From positions 217,910 through 281,909 of the forward strand of contig JACQSC010000004.1 of assembly GCA_016206155.1 (NCBI GenBank): a DNA stretch of 64,000 bases, written 5' to 3'. Each line of letters opens with the position of its first letter. Positions within the stretch are counted from its first letter, which is position 1. A model generated the notes under the pieces. The model ran no database searches and was not told the DNA's origin. It saw nothing but the letters and a program-made list of their open reading frames with translations. The translations under genes and the position numbers were made by a program. Origin of the DNA: Candidatus Uhrbacteria bacterium (GTDB taxonomy: Bacteria > Patescibacteriota > Patescibacteriia > JACQRZ01). Below are positions 36,901-46,809 of the stretch, one piece after another.

Positions 36901-37976
36901 GTACCGCGGTCGGTATCATTGCCGCCCAGAGTCTTGGAGAGCCCGGAACTCAGCTGACGATGCGCACGTTCCATACTGGAGGTGTTGCGGGAGCCGGAGA
37001 TATTACGCAAGGACTGCCGCGCGTTGAAGAACTCTTTGAAGTGCGCACGCCAAAAAACAAAGCAATTGTCGCGGAGGTTTCTGGGCGCTCTTCAGTAAGC
37101 GACAAGCAAAAGAGTGTTGTGAGCCCCCTTGGCGAAGAGAGCGTGCAGACTGAACACGGCCAGAAGACGGTTTCGATTCATTACAAAGAAACAGAGGAGG
37201 AGGTGTATAAGTTTTCGAGCAAACGGAAAGCGGCCGAAAAGACAGCAACTGAAAAGAAAACAAAAAAGGAAAAGGTGCGCACTATTCTCGTGCAAGACGG
37301 GCAGTCCGTGCGCGAGGGAGCGGTGCTTTTTACGGTTGGCCAGACCGAGACGCGCGCGCGCCGCAGTGGCGTTGTAAAGGTTGGAAGCGCAAGCATCTCG
37401 ATTGTCGGCGACAGCGAGGGGGTGCGCGAGTATGTCATTCCTCAGGGAGCCTATTTGACCATTGGCGACGGCGATCTCGTCACCGCGGGCGACCCATTGA
37501 CCGAAGGAGATATTGACCTGCAATCCTATTTCCGATATAAGGGGAAGCTCGAGACGCAGAAATATATCATCAATGAGATTTATCGCATTTATACAAGTCA
37601 GGGACAAAAAGTGAACACCAAGCATATCGAAGTCATTGTTCGTCAGATATTTTCGCGCGTGATGGTTGCCGATGCAGGAGATACCGATCTGCTCGCGGGC
37701 GAGATTGTTGAGTTCTCAGAACTCCTGGAGCAGAATAAGAAAACAAAAGTCGATGGCGGGAAAGAAGCAAAAGCCGCCGAGCTGCTGATGGGAATCACAA
37801 AAGCATCGCTTTCTACGCGTAGCTGGCTTTCTGCGGCCTCCTTCCAAGAAACCGCGCGCATCCTGATCAACGCCGCCGTAACAGGGAAAGCCGACTATTT
37901 GGAAGGCTTAAAAGAAAATGTGATCATCGGCCGCCTCATTCCTGTCGGGACAGGATACCACACGAAAAAAAAGTAA
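33975..37976 (+). CDS. rpoC: DNA-directed RNA polymerase beta-prime subunit
   Basis: Zinc-binding CGKYKKIRYKGIICDKCG and the catalytic NADFDGDQM motif. Confidence 0.95.
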   Translation: MPPREERKDAIQSLDFDAIRLKIASPDDVKRWSYGEVTRPETINYRTQRPEKDGLFSERIFGPTKDWECYCGKYKKIRYKGIICDKCGVEVTRSIVRRERMGHIELATPVSHIWFYRSVPSKIGLMLDMSVAALHNVIYFAQFIIMDVNEESKKQTIESVREEYKSTKKNFENECNMKMNAVRAKESKAAAKEEKAALEGEMNAIARQRDKELTRLEENLHAVEEELKSIKPMAFLSESRYRELSLPYGHLFEAGIGAEAIRKLLERLDLDALEQQLSEDVENAQGLKKEKLVRRAKLVKSFRANGIRPEWMIMTMLPIIPPDLRPMVALDGGRFATSDLNDLYRRVINRNNRLKQLIELKAPEVIARNEKRMLQEAVDALIDNSARQGKTVMAATGQKRTLKSLADMLKGKRGRFRQNLLGKRIDYSGRSVIVVGPSLKLHQCGLPKSMALDLFKPFVMSRLIQDGTVYNVRSASRFIESGRDEVWDILEDIVKEAFVLLNRAPTLHRLGIQAFKPILIEGKAIQVHPLVCPAFNADFDGDQMAVHVPLSDEARREAADIMLSSHNLLKPASGHPIAVPQQDIVWGAFYMTYIQDGEDSIPPQEQMKKFCHENEAVSAYLMKLITLQEPILVRFGETTRERMSDADKKDTRRTTTVGRILFNNILSPEMPFYNARIDKKTMGELVAISLERCGIERTAEMLDNIKEVCAKYLTESGLSFGMDDIPVLPQKKELIAEAEARIDEVQNQYDMGLLTFHERKNKVISLWTETREKIARLSKNSLDVRGSVYSIIESGARGTWAQLNQIIGMKGLLTNPLGEIIELAVKSSFKEGLGVLEYFISTHGARKGLVDTALRTSNAGYLTRRLVDVAQDVVVNEADCQEKEGYCVTRAECEQNDVDLTDRIVGRCAAQDINALDGSLLAKRNELITKELAKTIKESGCTEVAIRSILTCRTARGVCQKCYGLDLGKNSLVVAGTAVGIIAAQSLGEPGTQLTMRTFHTGGVAGAGDITQGLPRVEELFEVRTPKNKAIVAEVSGRSSVSDKQKSVVSPLGEESVQTEHGQKTVSIHYKETEEEVYKFSSKRKAAEKTATEKKTKKEKVRTILVQDGQSVREGAVLFTVGQTETRARRSGVVKVGSASISIVGDSEGVREYVIPQGAYLTIGDGDLVTAGDPLTEGDIDLQSYFRYKGKLETQKYIINEIYRIYTSQGQKVNTKHIEVIVRQIFSRVMVADAGDTDLLAGEIVEFSELLEQNKKTKVDGGKEAKAAELLMGITKASLSTRSWLSAASFQETARILINAAVTGKADYLEGLKENVIIGRLIPVGTGYHTKKK

Positions 37977-38079
37977 GGATGCAGTGCGTTGCACAGTGTA
38001 CAGTGCAAATTTCTGAAGCGCTATGCTATACTGTGGTAGTGTTTTTAGAGACTCCATAAATCTGAAATCTGAAATCAGT

Positions 38080-40299
38080 ATGCCTCGTCATTCACGAAAG
38101 CGGACCCATCGATCGATGGAACGGCTTGCGTACCGTGCACCGCGCGTATTGTTTCATTCGCTTTCTCCCGAGGCGCGGCAAGGCATAGCGGTTGTATGTG
38201 TTCTGATGCTGGTGTTGCTTTCGGTGTTGAGTCTCCTTGACCTCGCGGGGACGGTTGGGCAGGCGCTTAACCGTGTTTTTGGTCTTCTCTTTGGAAACGC
38301 AAAGTATGGCGCCCCGCTCTTTATTCTTATCGGTGGAATTTTTTTTATTCGGCGCACATCCGTAACCGTGCACATTACACAAGCAATCGGTCTTGTTTTT
38401 TTTATTCTTTCACTGACAGCATTTTGGCACCTTCAGTACCCGCTCGAGGAATCATATGCGCGCGCGCGGGAGGGATCGGGAGGCGGTATGTTGGGATTTT
38501 TTTTGGCGTATTCGCTTCAGTCAATTCTGCAGTTTTGGGGCGCGTTGATTGTCCTGCTGTCCATATTTCTCATTTCTTTTTTTATCATTCTTAACACGTC
38601 GCTTGGCGATTATGTCGCTCGTGTCAAGGAGCTTGGCGCTCTTCTTGCCCGCAGTGCGGCATATGTGGCGTCTGTAACTCGCAAGAATCGTCTGGCTCCA
38701 GAGCAAACGTTCTACGAGAATGCGGAGGGTGAGGAAGAGCGCCATGAAAAAATTGAAGCGCCAACGTTTTCGCGAGGAACACTTCCCATATCAGAATCCG
38801 CGACCTCTCAAGAAGAATTGCCAGCATCCAAAGAGGAGATTGAAATCTTAAAAGCTCCAAAAAGAAAAACGCCCGTCCAGATCCCCTTGAGTTTGTTGAG
38901 CGAAAAGCAGGGGCCGCCCACGAGCGGAGACATCAAGTCAATAAAGCTGATTATTCAAAAAACGCTTGAGAATTTTGGCATTCCCGTTGAAATGGGTGAG
39001 GTAAACGTGGGACCAACCGTTACGCAATATACGCTCAAGCCAGCCGAAGGCATAAAGCTTTCGACCCTGACCGGACTTCACAATGATCTTGCTTTGGCGC
39101 TCGCCGCACACCCAATCCGTATCGAAGCGCCAATTCCGGGGAAGGCGCTTGTTGGCATTGAGGTGCCAAATGTGAAGGTCGCGCGTGTGACGTTGCGGGA
39201 ACTCATGGAGTCCGAGCCATTTCGAAAGCGAAAAACGTCCCTCGAGCTGGTGCTTGGGAAGGATGTTTCCGGTACTCCTCGCCTTGCGTCGCTTCTGACA
39301 ATGCCCCACCTGCTCATTGCGGGATCGACCGGGTCTGGCAAAACCGTATGCATTAATACGATTATCACCACGCTTCTGTTTCAGAATGGACCCGACATGC
39401 TTCGATTCATTCTTGTCGACCCAAAGCGCGTTGAGCTCCCATGCTATAACGATACGCCACACCTTCTTACCCCTGTTGTCACAGATATTAAAAAGACGCT
39501 CAACGCACTGCGGTGGTCTATTGGTGAAATGGAGCGGAGATTTGACGTTTTGGCAAAAGCGGGAAAGCGCGATCTTCGTTCGTATAATGAATGGAGTGAG
39601 GAAAAAATGCCCTATATCGTCATCGTCATTGACGAGTTGGCTGATATCATGGCAACGGTCGGCGCGGAAGCCGAGAATCTGATTATTCGCTTGGCACAAA
39701 TGGCACGCGCCGTTGGCATTCATCTTATTCTGGCAACGCAGCGCCCTTCCGTTGATGTGATTACCGGACTCATTAAGGCAAACATTACGTCGAGGATTGC
39801 CTTTGCCGTTGCGTCACAGATGGATTCGCGCACTATTCTTGATACAGCTGGCGCGGAGCGTCTTGTGGGGCGAGGTGATATGCTTTTTGTCTCGGCAGAT
39901 TTGAGTAGGCCTGTTCGTATCCAGGGAGCCTATTTGTCCGATGAGGAGATCGAACGGGTTGTTTCGTTTCTCAAGAGTCAGGGCGAGCCATCGTATACCG
40001 ACGGTATTGTAGAAAAACAATCGTCCATGCAAGGTGGCGGGTTTACCTCAGATGACGAGGAAGATGACCTACTCCCCGAAGCGCGCCAGATCATTGTGCA
40101 GTCGGGCAAAGCCTCTGCCTCACTCTTGCAGCGCCGACTGCGCATTGGATACGCGCGCGCCGCTCGCATCCTTGATTTATTGGAAGCGGAGGGGTTTATC
40201 GGTCCGGGCGAGGGAGCAAAACCTCGCAGGATTCTCGGCGGGGGCGGGGGTGGCGATCAGGAGTTTGAGGATTCGATTGACGATGAAACAATCTATTGA
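38080..40299 (+). CDS. ftsK: DNA translocase FtsK/SpoIIIE
   Basis: N-terminal TM helices, Walker A GSTGSGKT, and a C-terminal winged-helix region. Start chosen at MPRHS. Confidence 0.9.
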   Translation: MPRHSRKRTHRSMERLAYRAPRVLFHSLSPEARQGIAVVCVLMLVLLSVLSLLDLAGTVGQALNRVFGLLFGNAKYGAPLFILIGGIFFIRRTSVTVHITQAIGLVFFILSLTAFWHLQYPLEESYARAREGSGGGMLGFFLAYSLQSILQFWGALIVLLSIFLISFFIILNTSLGDYVARVKELGALLARSAAYVASVTRKNRLAPEQTFYENAEGEEERHEKIEAPTFSRGTLPISESATSQEELPASKEEIEILKAPKRKTPVQIPLSLLSEKQGPPTSGDIKSIKLIIQKTLENFGIPVEMGEVNVGPTVTQYTLKPAEGIKLSTLTGLHNDLALALAAHPIRIEAPIPGKALVGIEVPNVKVARVTLRELMESEPFRKRKTSLELVLGKDVSGTPRLASLLTMPHLLIAGSTGSGKTVCINTIITTLLFQNGPDMLRFILVDPKRVELPCYNDTPHLLTPVVTDIKKTLNALRWSIGEMERRFDVLAKAGKRDLRSYNEWSEEKMPYIVIVIDELADIMATVGAEAENLIIRLAQMARAVGIHLILATQRPSVDVITGLIKANITSRIAFAVASQMDSRTILDTAGAERLVGRGDMLFVSADLSRPVRIQGAYLSDEEIERVVSFLKSQGEPSYTDGIVEKQSSMQGGGFTSDDEEDDLLPEARQIIVQSGKASASLLQRRLRIGYARAARILDLLEAEGFIGPGEGAKPRRILGGGGGGDQEFEDSIDDETIY

Positions 40300-40314
40300 T
40301 ACCATGTAAATAGT

Positions 40315-41031
40315 ATGGATAGTTCCGCAGCACACACACCACCATCACTGGGCACCTTGTTTCGGCGCGCGCGCCGCTCATTCGGGTTGAGTATTGACGA
40401 TATTTCTGAGGATATAAAAATTCGATCAGAGATACTTAACGCGATAGAGCATGGCGCATTCGAGCGAATCGACGAACCTGTCTATCGTACACTCATGGTA
40501 AAGACCTACGCCGAGTACCTTGGTATTTCGTGGGATACTATTGAAGATGTATACATTCGCGAATCAGTCTATATACCTGTGCTCCCTCACGCAAAAGGAG
40601 TGAACACAAAGCATATTCAAAGCGGCGACCTTATGGTCGTTCCGCGCCTTCTTAAACACGTTTTTCTGTCTGCCGCGATGATTGGAGTCTTTTTTTACTT
40701 CATGGTTCTTGCGGGGAGTGCGCTGCAGCGTCCCGCATTGACAGTCATCAATCCGCCTGAACGGTTTATGAGCCCCGCGAAAACAATCCGTATCGAAGGT
40801 TCTGTTTCTGCAGAGGCAACGCTCGCCATTAACGGACAAGAGGTAACCAAGACTAATGATGGCCATTTTTATCAGGATCTTACACTTTCGGACGGCCTGA
40901 ACACCATTCGCATTTCCGCATCAAAAAAATACAGCAAGGAAACTGTAGTAACGCGTACGGTACTCTATCAAGCGCCGTCTGCCCCACTTAGTTTTAATGA
41001 GTATGATTATGGCAAAACAACCACACGATGA
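40315..41031 (+). CDS. HTH (Xre-type) plus transmembrane protein, RodZ-like
   Basis: N-terminal [24 protein letters not shown] and a central TM segment. Confidence 0.45.
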   Translation: MDSSAAHTPPSLGTLFRRARRSFGLSIDDISEDIKIRSEILNAIEHGAFERIDEPVYRTLMVKTYAEYLGISWDTIEDVYIRESVYIPVLPHAKGVNTKHIQSGDLMVVPRLLKHVFLSAAMIGVFFYFMVLAGSALQRPALTVINPPERFMSPAKTIRIEGSVSAEATLAINGQEVTKTNDGHFYQDLTLSDGLNTIRISASKKYSKETVVTRTVLYQAPSAPLSFNEYDYGKTTTR

Positions 41032-42100
41032 TCCGCGCGCACAGGCCGTCACTGCGGCGCTCGAACAAATACGCGATCGCTTCGGCGAGGGATCAATTAT
41101 GAAATTGGGAGAGGCAAAGACCATGAATGTTGACGTCGTGACAACCGGATGCCTTTCGCTTGATATTGCCCTTGGTGTTTGGGGCATGCCTCGTGGCAGA
41201 ATTATTGAAATTTACGGACCGGAATCGTCTGGAAAGACGACGCTTGCGCAGCACGTTATCGCCGAGGTGCAGAAGCAAAAAGGGATCGCCGCATTTGTCG
41301 ACGCTGAGCATGCGCTAGACCCTGATTATGCTCGCAAGCTTGGCATTAATATCAATGAGATGTTTATCTCGCAGCCCGATAATGGCGAGCAGGCGCTTGA
41401 GATTGTCGAGACGTTGGTGCGTTCAAACGCCGTTGACGTCATTGTGATTGATTCTGTTGCCGCATTGACGCCAAAAGCGGAAATAGAAGGGGATATGGGT
41501 GACTCTCATATGGGATTGCAGGCGCGCTTGATGAGCCAAGCGCTTCGCAAACTGACAGGCATTGTCAGCAAGACAAAAACCATTGTGATTTTTATCAATC
41601 AAACACGTCAGAAGATTGGCGTGTATTTCGGCAACCCCGAAACAACAACGGGTGGCACGGCGCTAAAGTTTTACTGCTCAGTACGTATCGAGATTCGCCG
41701 TGCGGCACAGATCAAGCAAGGAGAAAAAATTATCGGCAATCGCGTCAAGGTCAAGATTGTGAAAAACAAAGTTGCTCCACCGTTCCAAACCACCGAGTTT
41801 GATATCATGTACAATGAGGGTATCTCTATCCCCGGCGATCTTTTGGATACGGGGGTTGCATATAAGATAATTGTCAAAAGCGGCAACACGTATTCGTTTG
41901 GAGATGATAAACTCGGCGTTGGCCGCGAAAACGCGAAAACATATCTTGCAAGCCGCCCTGATTTGATGGCCGCTATCAGGCAGCAAACTCTTGCAGCTAC
42001 AAAACCCGAAGCCGAGGCTGATAGTGTGCCGCACGACGATTTCATTCCACCTCTTCCCAGCGCCAGTGATGAAATAGAGCAAGAGATGGGGGTAGTATAA
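41009..42100 (+). CDS. recA: recombinase RecA
   Basis: Walker [10 protein letters not shown] and conserved RecA motifs throughout. Confidence 0.95.
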   Translation: MAKQPHDDPRAQAVTAALEQIRDRFGEGSIMKLGEAKTMNVDVVTTGCLSLDIALGVWGMPRGRIIEIYGPESSGKTTLAQHVIAEVQKQKGIAAFVDAEHALDPDYARKLGININEMFISQPDNGEQALEIVETLVRSNAVDVIVIDSVAALTPKAEIEGDMGDSHMGLQARLMSQALRKLTGIVSKTKTIVIFINQTRQKIGVYFGNPETTTGGTALKFYCSVRIEIRRAAQIKQGEKIIGNRVKVKIVKNKVAPPFQTTEFDIMYNEGISIPGDLLDTGVAYKIIVKSGNTYSFGDDKLGVGRENAKTYLASRPDLMAAIRQQTLAATKPEAEADSVPHDDFIPPLPSASDEIEQEMGVV

Positions 42101-42173
42101 AATCCATGCGCGTTGTTGACAGAATTGGAAAATAAAATATACTTAAGTCTATAACTAATATATTAGATTAAAT

Positions 42174-42974
42174 ATGAAATCGAAAGGACTTTCTGCGTTA
42201 GGTATCGCATTGGCAGTCATTGCAGTCATCGCAATTATTTTTGGCGCTATAAGCTGGAGTAAATTTGGAATCGTGGTCGAAAACGAGCAATCGAAAGGAC
42301 AAGTCTCGAAAGAGCAAGAGGTGACGGCAGTACAGGGACAGCAAGCGAATCAGGTCGCACAACAAGGAACCCAATATACATTGGAGTCCGGAATTTCATT
42401 CACCTATCCGATAGGGTATACTGCGGAAAAAAATGACGAAAATGACGGAGAGGTGATTCTTACGAAAAATGGAGAATGGTATATTCGGATCATACCTTTT
42501 ACAATGGAGGGAAGTTATGAGTCACTCGATGAGCTTCTTAAAGCGAATCCTAATGTTAAAGATGGAAATTTCGCTCCTCCTGAAAAGAAAGGGGAATCAT
42601 TAAATCCCGACTTGTTCTACATCGCCGGTATTGTTTGTTCCTCTGCTGGGGATCGAATAGATGGAATGGGTGGAAATGATGTTAGCATTTCTTGTGCGGA
42701 TAAGCCAGTATCCAAAAAGACACTTAACATTAACGGGTATACGGTGTACGAATACTACGCCAAACGTATCGAAGAGGATTTTTCGAAGAAAACAGAAGAT
42801 GCGACTGTTATCGGCCCAATTTATGTCTTCGATGTTACAAAGAATTTTACTGATGGATATGCACATGCCTTGGTCGTTACTCCAGATGGTGAGATCTTCG
42901 TTGCGAATAAGAACAATCCACAGTTCCAAGCCGATCTTTTGGCGATCGCACAATCAGTAGAATCAAAAAAGTAA
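42174..42974 (+). CDS. hypothetical N-terminally anchored extracytoplasmic protein
   Basis: One N-terminal TM helix and no recognisable motif. Confidence 0.4.
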   Translation: MKSKGLSALGIALAVIAVIAIIFGAISWSKFGIVVENEQSKGQVSKEQEVTAVQGQQANQVAQQGTQYTLESGISFTYPIGYTAEKNDENDGEVILTKNGEWYIRIIPFTMEGSYESLDELLKANPNVKDGNFAPPEKKGESLNPDLFYIAGIVCSSAGDRIDGMGGNDVSISCADKPVSKKTLNINGYTVYEYYAKRIEEDFSKKTEDATVIGPIYVFDVTKNFTDGYAHALVVTPDGEIFVANKNNPQFQADLLAIAQSVESKK

Positions 42975-43006
42975 GTACTTCCATATTTAATCTGCAAAGA
43001 TAAACC

Positions 43007-43038
43007 AAAAAAAGCCCCATTGAACAGGGGCTTTTTTG
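43007..43038. terminator. bidirectional intrinsic terminator between the 42174-42974 gene and efp
   Basis: Hairpin agcccc-attgaaca-ggggct flanked by an A-run and a T-run. Confidence 0.7.
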
Positions 43039-43081
43039 GATGGCGCTGAGCCATCTGTGCGCGCAAATAAGGTTGGCGTTA

Positions 43082-43651
43082 TTACGTGACGCGTTCGGCG
43101 TACTCGAGCGTGTCAGTGTTGACGCGGATAGTGTCGCCCTCTTTGACGAAGAGTGGTGCGTTGACGACAAGGCCGGTTTCCAGGGTGACCTGCTTTGTTG
43201 CATTGCCGGCCGTATCTCCCTTAATGCCCGGCGGCGCCGAGGTAACTTTAAAATCTATTTTTGGCGGAAAGCTGACGGCAATAGGCCGCTCATCAAAGTA
43301 TAAAACATCTACCTGGGTTCCTTCTTTCAGAAGCTTTACGCGGTCACCGAGCAGTGTTTGCTCAATGACAAACTGTTCATAACTCTCCGCATCCATGAAG
43401 TATGAGCCGGTTTGATCGGTATACAAATAGTCGCACTTTTTTCGTTCTAGATCAGCTTCCTCCACTTTTTCACCCGCTTTAAAACTATATTCCAATACTT
43501 TGCCGTTGACGATGTTTTTCATTTTTGTCTGCATGACAGGCTTTCTCTGTTGCATGCGTACAAAGTTTGCGGTCTGCACCTGATACGGCTCACCATTAAA
43601 AAGAATCGTGAGGCCGACCTTTATGGAATTGAGCGATGGAAGAACGGACAT
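43082..43651 (-). CDS. efp: elongation factor P
   Basis: 189 aa with KPGKG-type loop context and the EF-P domain order. Confidence 0.9.
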   Translation of the reverse strand: MSVLPSLNSIKVGLTILFNGEPYQVQTANFVRMQQRKPVMQTKMKNIVNGKVLEYSFKAGEKVEEADLERKKCDYLYTDQTGSYFMDAESYEQFVIEQTLLGDRVKLLKEGTQVDVLYFDERPIAVSFPPKIDFKVTSAPPGIKGDTAGNATKQVTLETGLVVNAPLFVKEGDTIRVNTDTLEYAERVT

Positions 43652-43784
43652 ACGAGACAGAATTAAGAATCAAGAATTAAGTATCAAGCAGTGCAAGAGG
43701 ATCGTAATTCTTCATTCGTAATTCTTGATTCTACGTGGATAAAGATAAAATCAATGTAAGGAGACCAGCTCTTCGATTGAGCAG

Positions 43785-44027
43785 TTACTGTATGACGAAC
43801 GGAAGCAACGCCATCACCCGTGCGCGCTTAATCGCGATACTCAGTTTTCGCTGGTGTTTGGCGCATACGCCGCTTCGGCGGCGAGGCGCGATCTTGCCAT
43901 AAGAGGAAATAAAGCGGCGCAGGGTCGTGATATCCTTGTAATCAATTTCACTTTTTTGCTTGACGCAGAAATGGCACGATTTTTTCTTTTGAGGTATCGA
44001 TGATTTTTGTGTTCTTGATTGGAACAT
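43785..44027 (-). CDS. rpsR: 30S ribosomal protein S18
   Basis: Motif [15 protein letters not shown]...[10 protein letters not shown]. Confidence 0.9.
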   Translation of the reverse strand: MFQSRTQKSSIPQKKKSCHFCVKQKSEIDYKDITTLRRFISSYGKIAPRRRSGVCAKHQRKLSIAIKRARVMALLPFVIQ

Positions 44028-44038
44028 AGCGCAGGTTG

Positions 44039-44476
44039 TTAGAATGGAATTTCTTCAATGGTGCGTTCGGCGTCATCATTCGCGCGTGGAGCGGGAACCG
44101 CCGATGTCGGGGTATCATTCTGGGCAAATGCGCCGCGCTGCCCCCCCGGTCCGCTATCGAGCATAATCATATTTTCTGCAATGACTTCGGTGCTATAGCG
44201 GCGGACACCGTCTTGTCCCACCCAGTCGCGCGTCTGAAGGCGTCCTTCGAAATAGGCTCGCCGCCCCTTGGAGAGGTACTGTCCGCAAATGTCCGCAAGC
44301 TTTCCCCATACAACGATATTGTGGAATTCCGCTTTTTCCTGCTTTTGTCCTTGTGTGTCGGTGTACACGCGGTTTGTGGCAACAGAAAAGCTTGACACAG
44401 ACGTTCCGCCCGGCGTTGCGCGAACTTCTGGATCCTTTGTAAGCCGGCCGATAAGCATTACTTTGTTTAAATCCAT
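44039..44476 (-). CDS. ssb: single-stranded DNA-binding protein
   Basis: N-terminus [17 protein letters not shown] and an acidic C-terminal tail ending IPF. Confidence 0.9.
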   Translation of the reverse strand: MDLNKVMLIGRLTKDPEVRATPGGTSVSSFSVATNRVYTDTQGQKQEKAEFHNIVVWGKLADICGQYLSKGRRAYFEGRLQTRDWVGQDGVRRYSTEVIAENMIMLDSGPGGQRGAFAQNDTPTSAVPAPRANDDAERTIEEIPF

Positions 44477-44544
44477 ACACGTAATTTATAATTTTCTATT
44501 TAAGATTTATGAATTTAAGATTTATGAAATTTGAAATCAGAAAT

Positions 44545-45138
44545 TTAAATAATATCATCGGAAAGAAGTTCATTCAATTTCTTATCAAGATCTTCGTAGC
44601 TGACTTTTTTCGCCTTTTTCTTTCCGGTATCATCGGTTGTCGCCTGTTCGTCCGATTCGGTCTTTTCTTCGGGCGCTGGCTCAGGTGCGGTATCGTCAAG
44701 CGTGACAGGAGGGGCGCTTGGCATCACCGGCGCTTCTTCTGCAAGTGGCGCTCGACCAAGAAGCTCCTCGTCTTGCGTTTTGCGCGTTGGTCGACCATCT
44801 CGAGGGCGCATCTCTTCCTCGCGACGTTCAAATGGCGTTGGTGTGCCAACGGTTTTTCTCCGCACAATGCAATGTCGCAGCAGTTCGGTTGTCAGCGACA
44901 TGGCTCGTTCGAGTTTTTTAATATGCTCTCCCGGGGCATCAAATTCGCACAGGAGATATGTTCCATATCCTTGGTGGTTGATCGGGTATGCCAGTTTTCG
45001 TCGTCCCGCATTGTGGACATAGTGGATGGAAGAGACATGCTTTTTGAGAAGATCTTCAAAGGTCTTCTTGAATGTTTCGAGTTCCGAATCAGGGATGCGA
45101 CCATCAACGATCGCGAGCAGCTCGTAGTGATTTGTCAT
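44545..45138 (-). CDS. rpsF: 30S ribosomal protein S6 with a long acidic C-terminal extension
   Basis: N-terminus MTNHYELLAIV. The ORF track extends upstream to 45315, but the S6-like start is the ATG at 45138..45136. Confidence 0.8.
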   Translation of the reverse strand: MTNHYELLAIVDGRIPDSELETFKKTFEDLLKKHVSSIHYVHNAGRRKLAYPINHQGYGTYLLCEFDAPGEHIKKLERAMSLTTELLRHCIVRRKTVGTPTPFERREEEMRPRDGRPTRKTQDEELLGRAPLAEEAPVMPSAPPVTLDDTAPEPAPEEKTESDEQATTDDTGKKKAKKVSYEDLDKKLNELLSDDII

Positions 45139-45280
45139 AGAAATAAAAAAAATAAGGCTGTGGAGTTCCTTTTCGCTTGCCTTGTGGGGACCCGAATCGA
45201 AGTGCTTTCGGGGCGAAAATGAGACAGAACCATGTTGTGTGCCAAGTATAGCACGGGGTAAAAAATATGCAAGAGTACCC

Positions 45281-46711
45281 CTAGATTCTCTTTTCTGGAA
45301 GAAGGGAGGCGACAAGTTCCCTGGTCAGCGCTCCGGTGAGGAACAAAACGATTATATATACAAGGGCGCCGGCCAGAACTTTGACCGCGCTTGGCCAGAG
45401 GGGGAACGCATAGAGAAAGATTCCCATGGCACCGCTTGCCATGAGCGCTTTTGCGCACAGTGCCAGCGATGGCATCACGCGTGTTTTTGCGTAGAAGACG
45501 CTAAACCCAAATAGGGCGATGAGCATCTCGGTTACGATCGTAATGAGTGCCGCCGCCCAATATGAATAGAGGGGAATAAAATAGAGATATGCCAAGAGAC
45601 CGCCGAGGGCAACAGCTCCATACCCGACGAGCATCGTGCGTTGGGCATGAATGACATTGATCAGATTCCCAAAGAGCGATCCAAAGAAAACAGCGCCGAC
45701 GGCAATCATGAGAAGTTTTAGTATCGCGCCTGATGCATAAAATGAAGGGCCGGTGATTGCGACCATAAGTTCTGTCCCAACAAACCACGTGCCAACAACG
45801 AGTGGGAACGCTGCAAGGGCCATAACATCAAAACTTTTCTGAAAATACCGAGCAAACGTCACGCGGTCGCCACTCGACCATGCTCGCGCAAAACTGGAAA
45901 TGGTAAGGCCAATGAACATGAGCGGCAACGTCATCATCACCTCAAGAACCCGAAATGCGGCGCCATAAATGCCAACGTCACCCTGAGACTGCGACAACGA
46001 CAAGACGATCGTGTCCGCCCTCATATAGACGACATTGCATACGATTGACAGCGCGATGGGCCATGTGCGCGAAGCGATGTCGCGCCACACATCCCAATCA
46101 AACGCAAGAGGGGGCAGATACCACGATCGATTACCGCAAAGAAGAATCACCCACTGAATGAGGTTGTTTAGGAGGATCATAACGAGAATGCCGACAAGGC
46201 CCAAATCAGACGCCGCGACAGCCGCAATTCCCCCGATGAGGAAAAACTTGCTTGCAATTTCTGCAATAACGGGAATGCGCATTTTAATTCCCGCTTGATA
46301 GGGGACGGTGGATATTTGAATGAGCGATGAGATGAAAAAAGAAGGAGCCATGACCAGCACGCCGAATTTTACCGCTTCGGGATAGGGGAGTATGAGTACG
46401 ACGAGCGGCGCAAGAAGGTAGATGAAAACGCCGGATATGAGCCGGATGGTAAACAGGTTGCGGAAATTTTTCTGATGATCATATCCCGTCTCAGAGACCA
46501 TTTGGATAGCAATGACCGTCAGGCCCATGTCTACCAGAATGCCAAAGAATTGCAAAAAGGCGGTGATGGTCGTATAGGCGCCAAATCCGTCAGTGTCCAG
46601 ATACCGCGCCATGAGGCCAAAGGCAACGATGGCAAACAGCGTTCCGACGATTTTTGCGATAAGCTGAAGGAGCGCGTTATAGGCTATTGAGCGGGAAAGG
46701 GATATGATCAT
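45281..46711 (-). CDS. MOP-superfamily polysaccharide/oligosaccharide flippase (Wzx-like)
   Basis: 476 aa with about 12-14 TM helices. Confidence 0.6.
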   Translation of the reverse strand: MIISLSRSIAYNALLQLIAKIVGTLFAIVAFGLMARYLDTDGFGAYTTITAFLQFFGILVDMGLTVIAIQMVSETGYDHQKNFRNLFTIRLISGVFIYLLAPLVVLILPYPEAVKFGVLVMAPSFFISSLIQISTVPYQAGIKMRIPVIAEIASKFFLIGGIAAVAASDLGLVGILVMILLNNLIQWVILLCGNRSWYLPPLAFDWDVWRDIASRTWPIALSIVCNVVYMRADTIVLSLSQSQGDVGIYGAAFRVLEVMMTLPLMFIGLTISSFARAWSSGDRVTFARYFQKSFDVMALAAFPLVVGTWFVGTELMVAITGPSFYASGAILKLLMIAVGAVFFGSLFGNLINVIHAQRTMLVGYGAVALGGLLAYLYFIPLYSYWAAALITIVTEMLIALFGFSVFYAKTRVMPSLALCAKALMASGAMGIFLYAFPLWPSAVKVLAGALVYIIVLFLTGALTRELVASLLPEKRI

Positions 46712-46809
46712 TTTCGATGTATGATTTCAGATTTCAAATTGGCTTGAGTAAAAACTGTACTCAATATATAACCATTGTCAAACGTTGCTCAATATGGTAT
46801 AATAAATAT

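Noticed and set aside
38938-39723. 261-aa minus-strand ORF inside ftsK
   Set aside because: Antisense shadow ORF within the FtsK motor domain.
44545-45315. 256-aa S6 ORF as listed
   Set aside because: The first 59 codons precede the conserved S6 N-terminus MTNHYELL; the start at 45138 is preferred. The long acidic C-terminal tail is kept as real.
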